This document shows, piece after piece, positions 7,286 through 18,000 of a DNA stretch of 64,000 bases. Made by a program: the position numbers and the translations under genes. The stretch lies in the NCBI GenBank assembly GCA_030695905.1, contig JAUYOL010000011.1:7887-71886 (forward strand). The letters run 5' to 3'. Position 1 is the first letter of the stretch; every line of letters starts with the position of its first letter. The notes under the pieces are model-generated. The model saw only the letters and a list, made by a program, of their open reading frames with translations, did no database searches and was not told the origin of the DNA. This stretch comes from Candidatus Omnitrophota bacterium (GTDB lineage: Bacteria; Omnitrophota; Gorgyraeia; 2-01-FULL-45-10).

Positions 7286-9166
7286 TTACTGTTTCAGTTC
7301 TTTTAGTTTCTTATACATTCTTGCCGCATCGTCCGGCATCTTCCATTTCTCGAAATTCTCTGCGGCATTCAGCAATATCGACGCGCCCTGGTCCAGCGCG
7401 TCAGGACTTAACTCAGAGCCCGGATATTTTTTGGAAAAAACGCTGAAAGAATCCACTGCTTCCATATCTTTATTCATTCTATAATAACACCAGCCGATCT
7501 GATACTGGGACTTTAGTGAAATATCGCCGTTGGCGGCACCCCTGGACAGCGTCTTAAAAATTTCAAGCGCTTCGTCATATTTACCGGTATTGTATAGAAT
7601 ATTTGCCATATAAAATTTATAAGCCGTGTCGTCTTTCCATTTAGGCGATAATTTTACCACCCTGTCAAATTCGGCCATGGCCTGCGCGAAAAGTCCATTT
7701 TTTAAATAAGCGACTCCCAATTTTAGCATAGCTTTATCTTTCAGCGCCGTCTGGGGAAAATTCACCAATAAGCTCTGATAGGCCAATATAGCGAGGTCGT
7801 ATTTTTTTGTGGTTAAAAATATATCGCCGAGACGATATTGGGCATAGTCCGCATATGGGCTGTCGGGATACTCCCTCAAAGAATCATCGAAGGAGTTTGC
7901 CGCATTGTCATAGTCGCCGCCATCGAGGTATATATCGCCTATTTTGCATAAAGCGCTTGAGGTAAATACGGCGCTCTCGAGATTTTTGACCGCTATCTTA
8001 AATTCTGCGAGCGCGTCTTTGGCCTTATTCTCTTTAAGATATATCCAGCCTAACTGGTAATGAAGTTTCCCTGTGTCCGCCGCAGATAAAAATTTATCTA
8101 TGCTTGCTAAGCAAACATCTTCGGCCTGGGCCAACTTACTATTTTCGCATAATATCCTGGCCTTAACATAGCGGCTTTCCGCCGCTACAGCCGTCCTGGG
8201 AAATTTAATATTTATACTATCGCATAATTTCAATGCCTCTTCCGCCATCGACTTCTTTTCGTAGCAGTACGCAAGCCACAACAATGAGTTGCTTGCTATC
8301 AAGGAGCTTGATGATCGGTTCGCGCATATCCCAAATCTTTTAATGCTTTCATCGAAATCTCCAAGACTAAAATAGGCCTGGGCAGTCCTGAATAACGCGA
8401 GATCTGCCCATTTCGCATTGGGTGAAATAGAGATGGCGCGTTTTAAGAATACCAAAGAATCGGCATATTTTTTCTGCTTTAAACTTATATCACCGAGCAG
8501 ATAATAGCTGTCAGCCGTCTTCTCCGATAAAGGATATTTATCAATAAGACTGTTTAAATAGTTTTGGGCGTCTTCAAGCCTTCCCGAGAGGTATTCATTT
8601 TCCCCTATCTTGAATAGCGAGTCTACGGCCACTCTGTCCAGAGGATAAAGCGATACAACATCGCCGAATATGGATGTTGAGTCTTCTAAAAATCCTAATC
8701 TGTAATAAGACCACCCTTTGGAATACAAAGCATATGGCAAATATTTCGACATCGGATATTCATCCAATATCTTCTGATAATATTCAAGAGCCTTTTTATA
8801 ATCACCGCCTCTATAGTATATGTCGCCTATCCAGTACAAAGCGCCGTCTTGCAACGCGATGGCAGAAGGAGAATCCAGGACAATATTAAATTCATAAGAG
8901 GCTCTCCTGAAATTATTCTGATAATAAAAGCAACGCCCCAAAAGAAGCCGCACTTCATATACGCGCGGCGTTTCAGGATATTTATCAAGAAAATCTTCTA
9001 TGTTTTCCTGCGCAAGAGCGTAAAATCCGTCGCTAAACGCTTTCTTGGCGAATATAAATTCCGCCTCTTCCCCACCCTGGGCAAAGCAGAAAGATGAAAC
9101 TAATAAAAACAGCATTATTACCATTAAACCCCGAACGCCGGACACCGGACATCTAACCCCTATCAC
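7286..9166 (-). CDS. Secreted tetratricopeptide-repeat protein (CpoB/BamD-like repeats)
   Basis: Signal peptide ending CFA-Q and many A.Y.(L/I)G..Y...G.Y..A TPR units with YP.S turns. Confidence 0.9.
   Translation of the reverse strand: MIGVRCPVSGVRGLMVIMLFLLVSSFCFAQGGEEAEFIFAKKAFSDGFYALAQENIEDFLDKYPETPRVYEVRLLLGRCFYYQNNFRRASYEFNIVLDSPSAIALQDGALYWIGDIYYRGGDYKKALEYYQKILDEYPMSKYLPYALYSKGWSYYRLGFLEDSTSIFGDVVSLYPLDRVAVDSLFKIGENEYLSGRLEDAQNYLNSLIDKYPLSEKTADSYYLLGDISLKQKKYADSLVFLKRAISISPNAKWADLALFRTAQAYFSLGDFDESIKRFGICANRSSSSLIASNSLLWLAYCYEKKSMAEEALKLCDSINIKFPRTAVAAESRYVKARILCENSKLAQAEDVCLASIDKFLSAADTGKLHYQLGWIYLKENKAKDALAEFKIAVKNLESAVFTSSALCKIGDIYLDGGDYDNAANSFDDSLREYPDSPYADYAQYRLGDIFLTTKKYDLAILAYQSLLVNFPQTALKDKAMLKLGVAYLKNGLFAQAMAEFDRVVKLSPKWKDDTAYKFYMANILYNTGKYDEALEIFKTLSRGAANGDISLKSQYQIGWCYYRMNKDMEAVDSFSVFSKKYPGSELSPDALDQGASILLNAAENFEKWKMPDDAARMYKKLKELKQ
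9125..9159. repeat. Degenerate heptamer tandem repeat at the uvrA/TPR junction
   Basis: Minus strand reads GGTTAGA TGTCCGG TGTCCGG CGTTCGG GGTTTAA. Confidence 0.55.
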
Positions 9167-11955
9167 GCTAATGCCTCTTTCAAATACTGTCCCGTATAAG
9201 ATCTTTTATTCGCTACAATATCTTCAGGTGTGCCTTCAGCCACGATTTCGCCGCCTTCATCTCCGCCCTCCGGCCCAAGATCTATTATGTAGTCCGCGGT
9301 CTTTATGACATCCAGATTATGCTCTATAACGAGCACTGTATTGCCCTGTTTTACAAGAGCATGCAGAACATTTAAGAGTTTATCTATATCTGCGAAGTGC
9401 AGTCCTGTCGTAGGTTCATCGAGTATATAGAAAGTCCTTCCGGTAGAAGTTTTTGAAAGCTCTGCCGCGAGTTTTATCCTCTGTGCCTCTCCTCCTGAAA
9501 GAGTCGTTGCCGACTGTCCCAATCTCACATATCCTAAGCCGACATCGTAAAGCGTCTTTAACTTATTCCTTACCGAAGGGATATTCGCGAACAATTCCAA
9601 CGCCTCTTCTATAGACATACCAAGCGCGTCGGCTATGGACCTGCCCTTGTATTTTACATTTAACGTCGCGTCATTAAATCTTTTTCCTTTGCACACTTCG
9701 CATTGTACATATATATCCGGTAAAAAATGCATCTCTATCTTCTTTATGCCGTCACCCATACAGGCCTCACAGCGCCCGCCCTTCACATTAAAACTGAACC
9801 TGCCGGGCTTATAACCGCGTACTTTAGCGTCGGGAATCCTGGAGAATAGATCCCTTATCGGAGAAAAGGCCCCCGTATATGTCGCGGGATTGGAGCGCGG
9901 CGTTCTTCCTATAGGCGACTGGTCTATCACAATGACCTTGTCTATGGAATCGATACCCTCTATCTTTTTATGCGCGCCCGGCTTTTCCTTGGCTCTGTAG
10001 AATTTTTTTGCAAGCGATCTGTATAATATATCGTCCACAAGCGTGCTCTTGCCTGAACCGGACACGCCCGTAATACATACAAACAACCCGAGAGGTATTT
10101 CGACGTCTATATCTTTGAGATTGTGCTCCGTGGCGCCTATTATCTTTAATCTTTTGGCTTTAGCATACGATCTTCTTTTGTCGGGTATCCCTATCTTCAG
10201 CTGCCCTCTCAAATATTGCCCCGTCAGCGATTCTTTTGACTCGAGAACGTCTTCCAAAGTCCCGCTTACCAGCACCCTGCCCCCGTGCTCACCGGCTCCC
10301 GGCCCCAAGTCTATTATGTGATCGGCTTTCCGCATGGTAGCCTCATCATGCTCCACGACTATCAGGGTATTACCAAGATCTCTTAGCGTGATAAGTGTAT
10401 CGAGTAATTTTGAATTATCCTTTTGATGCAGCCCTATACTCGGTTCATCCAAAATATATACCACCCCCACAAGCCCGGAACCTATTTGCGTAGCGAGCCT
10501 TATGCGCTGCGCTTCTCCTCCGGAAAGCGTGAAGCTGCGCCTGTCGAGCGTAAGATAATCTAATCCAACATTTATCATAAATTGTAAACGCGCGGTTATC
10601 TCTTTTAAAACCTGATGAGCTATTATTTTCTGGGTTTCATTCAATTCTAACCCTACCAGAAATTTCTTCAGCTCTTTTATCGACAGATCCGAGACCTCGG
10701 CGATATTTTTATTTTGTATGGTGACCGCGAGACTCTCTTTTTTAAGCCGCATGCCGTTGCATTCGGGACAGGGCTGAACAGACATATATTTATTTATTTC
10801 GGTTTTTATAAATTCGCTTTCGGTCTCACGGAAACGCCGCTCAAGATTAGGTACGACACCTTCGAATGATCCCCATTCTCCACCCGGCTGGCCGAATAAC
10901 ACCAATTTTTTAATATCTTTCGGCAGGTCTTTAAACGGAGTTTCCACATCGAATCCATATTTATGGGCAAGAGAGCGTAAGCGCCTTCTGTAGTATAGAT
11001 AAAGCCCCTTGCCGCCGCGCCTCCAGGCGTCGACCGCGCTTATGACAGGCTTCGACTTGTCCGATATGACAAGTTCTGGATCTATCTCCATCTTATTGCC
11101 GAGGCCGTCACAGACAGGACATGCCCCATACGGAGAATTAAATGAGAATATCCTTGGAGCTATCTCTCCTAAGCTTATACCGCAATCTACACAGGCATAA
11201 AGTCCGCTGAAAAGGATATCCTTCTTTTTGTCGGCCGACTCTACGCTTACAATTGCCAGGTCTTTTCCTACCTCGAGCGCCGTTTCCACGGAATCGGTAA
11301 GGCGTTTACGGATATCGCCTTTTAATACAAGCCGGTCCACTACTATCTCTATTGTATGCGCCCTCTTCTTGTCGAGCGAGATCTTGTCTTCGAGCTCCAT
11401 TACGTCGCCATCGACCCTGACCCTTATAAATCCGTCTTTCTTTGCTTTTTGGAATAAGTCCTTGTGTTCGCCCTTTCTACCTCTTACCAGCGGTGCCAAC
11501 ACAAGCGTCTTTGTGCCCTCGGGTAATTTCAATATATGATCCACTATCTCCTGGGAAGTCTGTCTGGTTATCGGCTTTTTACATTTGGGACAATGCGCGA
11601 CTCCTATGCGGGCATAGAGCAGCCTTAGGTAGTCATATATCTCTGTCTGGGTTCCAACGGTAGAACGAGGATTTGAGCCCGCTGTCCTCTGCTCAATACT
11701 TATTGCCGGGGACAAGCCTTCTATATATTCAACATCCGGCTTTTGGAGCTGCTCGAGGAATTGCCTTGCGTAACTTGACAGGCTCTCAACATATCTGCGC
11801 TGCCCTTCGGCATATATGGTATCGAACGCGAGACTGGATTTGCCGGAGCCCGACAGGCCGGTGATGACGACCAGTTTTTGGCGAGGAATTTCGAGGTCTA
11901 TATTCTTTAGATTGTGCTCTTTCGCGCCTTTTATTACTATGGAATCTTTTATCAT
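9163..11955 (-). CDS. uvrA: Excinuclease ABC subunit A
   Basis: Two Walker A motifs ([16 protein letters not shown]), two LSGGEAQR signatures, Zn fingers. Confidence 0.99.
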   Translation of the reverse strand: MIKDSIVIKGAKEHNLKNIDLEIPRQKLVVITGLSGSGKSSLAFDTIYAEGQRRYVESLSSYARQFLEQLQKPDVEYIEGLSPAISIEQRTAGSNPRSTVGTQTEIYDYLRLLYARIGVAHCPKCKKPITRQTSQEIVDHILKLPEGTKTLVLAPLVRGRKGEHKDLFQKAKKDGFIRVRVDGDVMELEDKISLDKKRAHTIEIVVDRLVLKGDIRKRLTDSVETALEVGKDLAIVSVESADKKKDILFSGLYACVDCGISLGEIAPRIFSFNSPYGACPVCDGLGNKMEIDPELVISDKSKPVISAVDAWRRGGKGLYLYYRRRLRSLAHKYGFDVETPFKDLPKDIKKLVLFGQPGGEWGSFEGVVPNLERRFRETESEFIKTEINKYMSVQPCPECNGMRLKKESLAVTIQNKNIAEVSDLSIKELKKFLVGLELNETQKIIAHQVLKEITARLQFMINVGLDYLTLDRRSFTLSGGEAQRIRLATQIGSGLVGVVYILDEPSIGLHQKDNSKLLDTLITLRDLGNTLIVVEHDEATMRKADHIIDLGPGAGEHGGRVLVSGTLEDVLESKESLTGQYLRGQLKIGIPDKRRSYAKAKRLKIIGATEHNLKDIDVEIPLGLFVCITGVSGSGKSTLVDDILYRSLAKKFYRAKEKPGAHKKIEGIDSIDKVIVIDQSPIGRTPRSNPATYTGAFSPIRDLFSRIPDAKVRGYKPGRFSFNVKGGRCEACMGDGIKKIEMHFLPDIYVQCEVCKGKRFNDATLNVKYKGRSIADALGMSIEEALELFANIPSVRNKLKTLYDVGLGYVRLGQSATTLSGGEAQRIKLAAELSKTSTGRTFYILDEPTTGLHFADIDKLLNVLHALVKQGNTVLVIEHNLDVIKTADYIIDLGPEGGDEGGEIVAEGTPEDIVANKRSYTGQYLKEALA

Positions 11956-11994
11956 TATGCCGCCTTATAGGTGATAATATTAACATATATACTT

Positions 11995-12040
11995 AATAAA
12001 AACAAGGGGACGCCTTACGGCGATCCCCTTGTTTTTATTA
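11995..12040 (-). terminator. Intrinsic (possibly bidirectional) terminator
   Basis: aataaaaacaagggga-cgcc-ttac-ggcg-a-tccccttgtttttatt. Confidence 0.8.
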
Positions 12041-12057
12041 AACTATACTGTATTCTA

Positions 12058-12285
12058 TTACTTCCTGCCTCTAAGCATCTTAGCGCATGATACGTCACCG
12101 GCTTTATCGATGAAATAGAGGTAGCCCTTCTGCTTCTTCACTTCGGGCTTAGCGACAACTTTACCGCCGCCGCCTTTCGACTTTCCTCTTGCCATCTTCG
12201 TCTCGACGACATTGCCCTTCTTATCGACGTAATAGAGATAACCCTTCTTTCTCTTTATGCCTACCTTCGCGACTTTCTGTGCCAT
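12058..12285 (-). CDS. Small Lys-rich protein with internal duplication
   Basis: Strong SD (GGAGGTG) before ATG 12285; two copies of KVAK..(I/V)K..KGYLY(Y/F)(V/I)DK.G.V...KM.RG; own terminator. Confidence 0.85.
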   Translation of the reverse strand: MAQKVAKVGIKRKKGYLYYVDKKGNVVETKMARGKSKGGGGKVVAKPEVKKQKGYLYFIDKAGDVSCAKMLRGRK

Positions 12286-12316
12286 TTTTCTTTCACCTCC
12301 CTTCACATATATATTT

Positions 12317-13054
12317 TTATTTAACTTCCTTTATCTGTATATACTCTTTGTTAACACGTCCTATGGTCTTGAATAAGTTCAGCTTCGCGTAAGTACAATC
12401 TTTTTCAATCTTACTTATAAAATCTTTCATCACGCGCCTTTTAGATGTCTGCGCGTTCGGACATCTGCATAGCTGGCTGGGAAATTTTGATTCTTTGGCA
12501 AACTTTTTTATTACATCCTCTCCTACATAGCACAGCGGCCTTATTATCACTATCTTACCTTTAAATAATTCCTGCCTTGGATTCATCGCGGAGAACTCGC
12601 CGTGATAAAACATATTTAAGAGAAGCGTCTCTATTATGTCGTCCTGATGATGACCAAAAGCTATCTTTGTGCAGCCGGTCTTCTCGGCGAGCGTAAAGAG
12701 CGCCTTGCGCCTGTTCCATGAGCACCAAAAACATGAGGTGGCTTTCTTCTTATCTTTAACTTTTATCTTCTCAAAACGATAAGGGATGTCATAGCTTTCG
12801 AATAACTTCTTTAATTCCTGGGTATGCACACATCCCGCGCATCTGAAATCAGTTTCTATGTGCGCCGCAAATAACTTATAATCTACAGGTGCCCACTTTC
12901 GCCTTTCATTCAATAGCTTCAGCATCGATAAGCTGTCTTTACCTCCCGATACGGCCACAAGTATCCTATCTTTGTCTTCTATCAGGTTGTAATCGGCGAT
13001 CGCCCTGCCTATTCTGTTGGATATGTATGCGCCTGTCTTTGTTAAATTTCTCAT
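12317..13054 (-). CDS. ttcA: tRNA 2-thiocytidine biosynthesis protein TtcA family
   Basis: PP-loop SGGKDS, CxxCS..RR, GHHQDD, IRPL. Confidence 0.9.
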   Translation of the reverse strand: MRNLTKTGAYISNRIGRAIADYNLIEDKDRILVAVSGGKDSLSMLKLLNERRKWAPVDYKLFAAHIETDFRCAGCVHTQELKKLFESYDIPYRFEKIKVKDKKKATSCFWCSWNRRKALFTLAEKTGCTKIAFGHHQDDIIETLLLNMFYHGEFSAMNPRQELFKGKIVIIRPLCYVGEDVIKKFAKESKFPSQLCRCPNAQTSKRRVMKDFISKIEKDCTYAKLNLFKTIGRVNKEYIQIKEVK

Positions 13055-13057
13055 TAT

Positions 13058-13870
13058 TTAAGTTCCAACCTGCACGCTTTTAGCGACTCCTCCCAGCGTT
13101 GCAATGGCCGAGAGCGCCGCGAGATAACTTGTTTTAGGATTAGATTTCGACGGTACGCTCTCTGTTCTCGTCGAGATTTTCCCAAAATCACCGGTTATCT
13201 CAACTTCATGAACATTTTTTGTATAATCGGGCGATGTCACTATGCGCACGCGCGTCTTATCCGCGCCGATACCGGCAAGGCTCAACACAGCGCATACGTT
13301 AACGTTCTGCGGGAAACCCTTTATCGCTTCATTTGCGTTGCCGTCGAATATTACTGTTTCATTTTTTATATCGGATAGCTTTATATTTTTCTCTCTAAGG
13401 TATGGGGCGCCCTCAAGCCCTTTAACGGGCTTTCGCGTAGTCAGTACGACGGATTCCAATTTTCCCGCCGAAGCGGATTTCAACCCGTCTATGCCGCTTA
13501 AGGCTCCGCTGGGCAAATATACCTTTATACCCGCCTTGGCCGCGCTTACCAATAAACCTTCATTGCCAAGAAGCCCGCCTACGCTCATTATCAATATATC
13601 CTTGCCGTGTTTTATTGTTTTTTTCAATATATCTGCGGAGACCGACGCGCTTGCCGCCTCAACTACGAGATCCGCCTTCTTGATAATTCCGTCGAGTTCA
13701 AGAACAGGAATATTGCCTTTTAGTGATTTTTTTAACGAAGCGGATTTTTTGCCGTCCTTATCACATATTCCTACAAGACTTAAGCTGTTCTTAAGCGCGG
13801 ATTGGCAAGCGAAAGCCAATTCGCTTCCTATTGTTCCGCATCCGACTATCCCAACTTTTATTTTATTCAT
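13058..13870 (-). CDS. nadX: L-aspartate dehydrogenase
   Basis: GCGTIG, VEAAS, PSGALSGIDG, FPQNVNV, NPKTSYLA; adjacent to nadA. Confidence 0.95.
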   Translation of the reverse strand: MNKIKVGIVGCGTIGSELAFACQSALKNSLSLVGICDKDGKKSASLKKSLKGNIPVLELDGIIKKADLVVEAASASVSADILKKTIKHGKDILIMSVGGLLGNEGLLVSAAKAGIKVYLPSGALSGIDGLKSASAGKLESVVLTTRKPVKGLEGAPYLREKNIKLSDIKNETVIFDGNANEAIKGFPQNVNVCAVLSLAGIGADKTRVRIVTSPDYTKNVHEVEITGDFGKISTRTESVPSKSNPKTSYLAALSAIATLGGVAKSVQVGT

Positions 13871-13897
13871 ATTTTTTATAGTTTAAAGCTTATGGCC

Positions 13898-14875
13898 TTA
13901 ATATCCCGCTATCGCCGCGCCCTTATGTTCTCCGGTAACACGCAACATCCTGTCGAGAGTTTTCAGCGCCTTATCTCTTATTTCATCCGATACTTTAACC
14001 TCGTACACGAGTTTTTCGAGGCTGTGCGCGACCCATCCCAATGTTATAAGTTTCATATTAGCGCAGACGAGATTCTGCGTCGGCAAGTAAAATTTCTTAT
14101 CCGGGTTCTCTTTCTGCAGTTTATACAACATACCGGATTCGGTGGCTATAATAAATTCTTCTGATTTTGATTGCCTGACATACTTGAACATCCCGCCCGT
14201 AGAGCATATATGGTCAGATAATGCCAGGACTTCGGGATTACATTCGGGATGAGCGATAACCTCCGCCGCGGGATGCTCCTTCTTTGTTCTTATTACATCT
14301 TCCTCCTGGAGTCTCATATGCGTCGGGCAGAAGCCTTCCCATAATATTATATCTTTTTCCGGAACCTGGCTCTGGACGTAGCGGCCGAGATTTTTGTCCG
14401 GAACAAATATTATCTGTTTCTCTTTAAGCGATTTAACAACTTCTACCGCGTTACTTGACGTGCAGGCAATATCGCTTTCGGCTTTTACTTCAGCACTTGT
14501 ATTAACATAACAAACTACGGCCGCATCCGGATATTGTTTTCTCTTCGCGCGCAATTTTTCCGGGGTTATCATATCGGCGAGAGGACATCCCGCTTCTAGG
14601 ACCGGTATCAGGACCTTCTTGCCCGGATTCAATATAGCCGCGCTTTCCGCCATAAAATGCACACCGCAAAAGACTATCACTTCCGCGTCGGTCCTTACCG
14701 CCGCCTGGGCAAGCGCCAGCGAATCACCGCTTATATCGGCTATCTCCTGGATCTCATCGCGCTGATAGTTGTGGGCTATTATGACGGCGTTCCTATCCTT
14801 CTTCAGCTTCGCTATCTTCTCTTTGAGGTCCTGGTTATACTTTATGTCGTCGTGATCCTGATATTGTGTGGGCAT
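13898..14875 (-). CDS. nadA: Quinolinate synthase
   Basis: AHNYQ, FCGVHFMAE, GCPLAD, YVNTSAEVKA, CPTH, HPEC, C.NMK. Confidence 0.98.
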   Translation of the reverse strand: MPTQYQDHDDIKYNQDLKEKIAKLKKDRNAVIIAHNYQRDEIQEIADISGDSLALAQAAVRTDAEVIVFCGVHFMAESAAILNPGKKVLIPVLEAGCPLADMITPEKLRAKRKQYPDAAVVCYVNTSAEVKAESDIACTSSNAVEVVKSLKEKQIIFVPDKNLGRYVQSQVPEKDIILWEGFCPTHMRLQEEDVIRTKKEHPAAEVIAHPECNPEVLALSDHICSTGGMFKYVRQSKSEEFIIATESGMLYKLQKENPDKKFYLPTQNLVCANMKLITLGWVAHSLEKLVYEVKVSDEIRDKALKTLDRMLRVTGEHKGAAIAGY

Positions 14876-15724
14876 CTATTTTACCGTTATTATAGCGTTA
14901 TCTATCAGCCTTGTCTGTCCGAAAAAGACGGCAAGAGCTACCATTATCTCGCCTGAAATTACTTTTAAATCCTTAAGCTCTTTAGTATCAACGGCTTTTA
15001 TATAATCTATCTTCGCGGCCGATTTTTGCGTTATCATATCTTCGATAACCCTGATGATCTTTTTTGGATCTCTCTCGCCCTGCTTTACAAGGTTCTCGAC
15101 CTGTTTAAGTGATTGGTGCAGCACTATAGCGTCCTTTCTCTCCGTAACGGATAGATACATATTCCTTGAACTCATCGCGAGGCCGTCTTTTTCTCTTACT
15201 ATAGGCATTATCTTAACGTCTACACCCATATTGAGATCCGAAGCCATCTTCTTTATCATCAGCGCCTGCTGCATATCTTTCTGGCCGAAATAAGCGACAT
15301 CCGGCCTGACTATGTTAAATAATTTTGTGACAACGGTCGCTACGCCTTTAAAATGTCCCGGCCTTGACTCGCCGCATAGAGTGTCGGTCAATTTCTCTAC
15401 GGTAACATAGGTGGCATAACCTTCGGGATACATATCTTTTAATGAGGGGTAAAATATTACATCTACACCCGCGTCTCGGGCCAACCCTTCATCATGCCTT
15501 AAGTCTCTCGGATATTTTTCAAAATCTTCTTTTGGGCCAAACTGCATGGGGTTTATGAATATACTCATCACAACTACATCGGTATGTTTTTTAGCGGCTT
15601 TTACAAGGCTGGTGTGGCCTTCGTGAAGATATCCCATGGTGGGGACAAAACCGATAGACTTGCCTTCTTTCTTCATCATCTTCACGAATGTGGACATTCG
15701 CGAAATATTTTCTATAGTCTTCAT
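14876..15724 (-). CDS. panC: Pantoate--beta-alanine ligase
   Basis: VPTMGYLHEGH, RPGHFKGV, FGQKD, GLAMSSRN, RLIDN. Confidence 0.98.
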   Translation of the reverse strand: MKTIENISRMSTFVKMMKKEGKSIGFVPTMGYLHEGHTSLVKAAKKHTDVVVMSIFINPMQFGPKEDFEKYPRDLRHDEGLARDAGVDVIFYPSLKDMYPEGYATYVTVEKLTDTLCGESRPGHFKGVATVVTKLFNIVRPDVAYFGQKDMQQALMIKKMASDLNMGVDVKIMPIVREKDGLAMSSRNMYLSVTERKDAIVLHQSLKQVENLVKQGERDPKKIIRVIEDMITQKSAAKIDYIKAVDTKELKDLKVISGEIMVALAVFFGQTRLIDNAIITVK

Positions 15725-15725
15725 T

Positions 15726-16130
15726 CTAAGCTTTACCTAATTCTCTTAATCCCCTCAAAACAAACTCACGCTCTTTTATCCGAGGATGTGGTACCGTGAG
15801 CCCCTCTTCGCTGATATTTTCATCGCCGTAATAGAGAATATCCAGATCTATCGTGCGTGGCGTATTCTTAGCTATCCTTTTGCGGCCCAACTTTTCTTCT
15901 ATGCTATTTAACACTCTTAATAAAGGCCTTGCCCCAAGAATTGTATCTACCTCTATCACGCCGTTTAAAAATTTACCCTGCGGGATATCGCTGACAGGGG
16001 CAGTCTCATATATCGTCGAGCTTCTTAATACTCTTATCGATTCATTATCCTTTAACGCTTCAATGGCTTTTGTAATGTATTTAAGCCTATCGCCAAGATT
16101 TGAGCCAACCGCTATGTAGCATTTAACCAT
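15726..16130 (-). CDS. folK: 2-amino-4-hydroxy-6-hydroxymethyldihydropteridine diphosphokinase
   Basis: GSNLGDR, PRTIDLDIL, VPHPRI.EREFV. Confidence 0.97.
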   Translation of the reverse strand: MVKCYIAVGSNLGDRLKYITKAIEALKDNESIRVLRSSTIYETAPVSDIPQGKFLNGVIEVDTILGARPLLRVLNSIEEKLGRKRIAKNTPRTIDLDILYYGDENISEEGLTVPHPRIKEREFVLRGLRELGKA

Positions 16131-17296
16131 TAAATAAGTTTTTTCTTTATGCGATCTACCGCTTCCCTGATGCGCTTCTTATCGACAGTTACCGCGAATC
16201 TGACATATCCTTCGCCATGATCGCCGAAACCATTTCCGGGCGTCGCTATAATATCGCAATTTTCTAAAAGAGCTTTCGCGAAAGTGGCCGATGTATAACG
16301 CGGCGGAACTTTCGTCCATACATAGAATGTTGCCTTGGGCTTCTCTACTTTAAGCCCTATGGAGTTAAGGCCTTCGACGAGAATATCGCGCCTGTCCTGA
16401 TATATCTTTACCGCTCTCTTTATGTGCTTATCGTAATTATCTAAAGCCGCGGCTCCCGCGCGCTGTATAGCGGAGAATATTCCGGAATCGATGTTCGACT
16501 TCACTTTAGCGAGGCCTTCTATGATTTGGGCGTTACCGCACGCGAAACCTATGCGCCAGCCTGTCATATTAAATGTCTTGGAAAGTGAATGGAACTCCAC
16601 CGCGACATCTTTGGCGCCGTCTATCTCAAATATGCTTGGGGCCCTATAGCCATCAAATGTCATTTCCGAATACGCTGCGTCGCAGCATATTATAATGTTG
16701 TGCTTTGCGGCAAATTCTACAACGTCTTTTAAGAAACTTTTATCGCATACAGCCGATGTGGGATTATTCGGGTAATTTATAAAGATCATCTTTACTTTAT
16801 GCAGCTGGTGATGATTTATCGCTCTTAAGTCAGGAAGAAACTTATTCTTTTCTAATAGCGGCATATATATAACTTCGCCGCCGGCAAATATCGTCCCTGA
16901 CCTATACGGAGGGTAACATGGATCCGGTACCAATACGGCGTCGCCGGGATTGATAAAGGCAAGCGGTATATGAGCGATACCTTCTTTCGAGCCTATAAGA
17001 GGATAGACTTCCTTATCGGCGTCCATGGTTATGCCGAATCTTTTCTTCAGCCACTTCGCCGCGGAATTTCTGAATTCAGGTATGCCCTGGTCGAGCGAGT
17101 ATCTATGCGTCGAGGGATCGCGCACAGCCTTATTGAGCGCGTTTATAACAAATTTTGGCGTGGGAATATCCGGATCCCCTACACCCAAATCGATAATATC
17201 ACGCCCTTCTTCACGAGCCTTCTTCTTCGCCTTGTCTATCTCTACAAATAGATACGGCGGCAGCCTCTTCAACCTATCCGACTTCTCAAAATTCAC
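16130..17296 (-). CDS. dapL: LL-diaminopimelate aminotransferase (class I PLP aminotransferase)
   Basis: LPPYLF, GSKEGIAH, NYPNNPT, SLSKTFNMTGWRIG; located in the dap cluster. Confidence 0.85.
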   Translation of the reverse strand: MNFEKSDRLKRLPPYLFVEIDKAKKKAREEGRDIIDLGVGDPDIPTPKFVINALNKAVRDPSTHRYSLDQGIPEFRNSAAKWLKKRFGITMDADKEVYPLIGSKEGIAHIPLAFINPGDAVLVPDPCYPPYRSGTIFAGGEVIYMPLLEKNKFLPDLRAINHHQLHKVKMIFINYPNNPTSAVCDKSFLKDVVEFAAKHNIIICCDAAYSEMTFDGYRAPSIFEIDGAKDVAVEFHSLSKTFNMTGWRIGFACGNAQIIEGLAKVKSNIDSGIFSAIQRAGAAALDNYDKHIKRAVKIYQDRRDILVEGLNSIGLKVEKPKATFYVWTKVPPRYTSATFAKALLENCDIIATPGNGFGDHGEGYVRFAVTVDKKRIREAVDRIKKKLI

Positions 17297-17307
17297 TCTT
17301 CGCTCCT

Positions 17308-17985
17308 TTATAAAGCCAATACGTCCTTCATTGCGAATAGGCCGTTCTTTTTACCGGCAACGAATTTCGCGGCCTGAAGCGCGCCCTTAGCGAATATATC
17401 GCGTGTCTTCGCGCTATGCGTTATCTCTATCAGATCCACATCACTTTCGAATGTTATAGTATGTTCGCCGACTATCTCGCCTTCGCGTATGGAACTGATA
17501 GCTACGTCGCTATCTTTTCCTTTTATGCCTTTTACTATTCTCTCTATCTCTTTCGCAGTCCCGCTGGGCGCGTCCTTCTTTTCAGCATGGTGCGCCTCAA
17601 GAATACTTATCTCATACTCACTGCTTAATATCTTAGACGCGTCTTCGACAAGTTTAAATAAAAGATTCACGCCGACCGACATATTGGGAGATAACACAAC
17701 CGGAATATTGGCGGACGCTTCCCCTATCTTATTCTTTTCTTCTTCCGATAATCCCGTAGTACCTATTACAATAGCTTTTTTGTTTTTTTCACATATCGCA
17801 AGGTGCTTCATCGTCGCCTTCGGCGCGGTAAAATCTATCAGACAGTCGCATCCGGCTATCGCCTCTTCCGCGTTCCCATCGACATCAAATTGGCCTGCCA
17901 CATTTAATTCAGGGTCTTCCTTCGCCAGGTCGATTATCCTCGACCCCATCTTTCCATTTGAACCGCTTACACAGATTTTAACCAT
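17308..17985 (-). CDS. dapB: 4-hydroxy-tetrahydrodipicolinate reductase
   Basis: GKMG, IGTTG, PNMSVG, EAHH.EKKDAPSGTA, GEH. Confidence 0.97.
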   Translation of the reverse strand: MVKICVSGSNGKMGSRIIDLAKEDPELNVAGQFDVDGNAEEAIAGCDCLIDFTAPKATMKHLAICEKNKKAIVIGTTGLSEEEKNKIGEASANIPVVLSPNMSVGVNLLFKLVEDASKILSSEYEISILEAHHAEKKDAPSGTAKEIERIVKGIKGKDSDVAISSIREGEIVGEHTITFESDVDLIEITHSAKTRDIFAKGALQAAKFVAGKKNGLFAMKDVLAL

Positions 17986-18000
17986 TACAAAAACTCCTTC

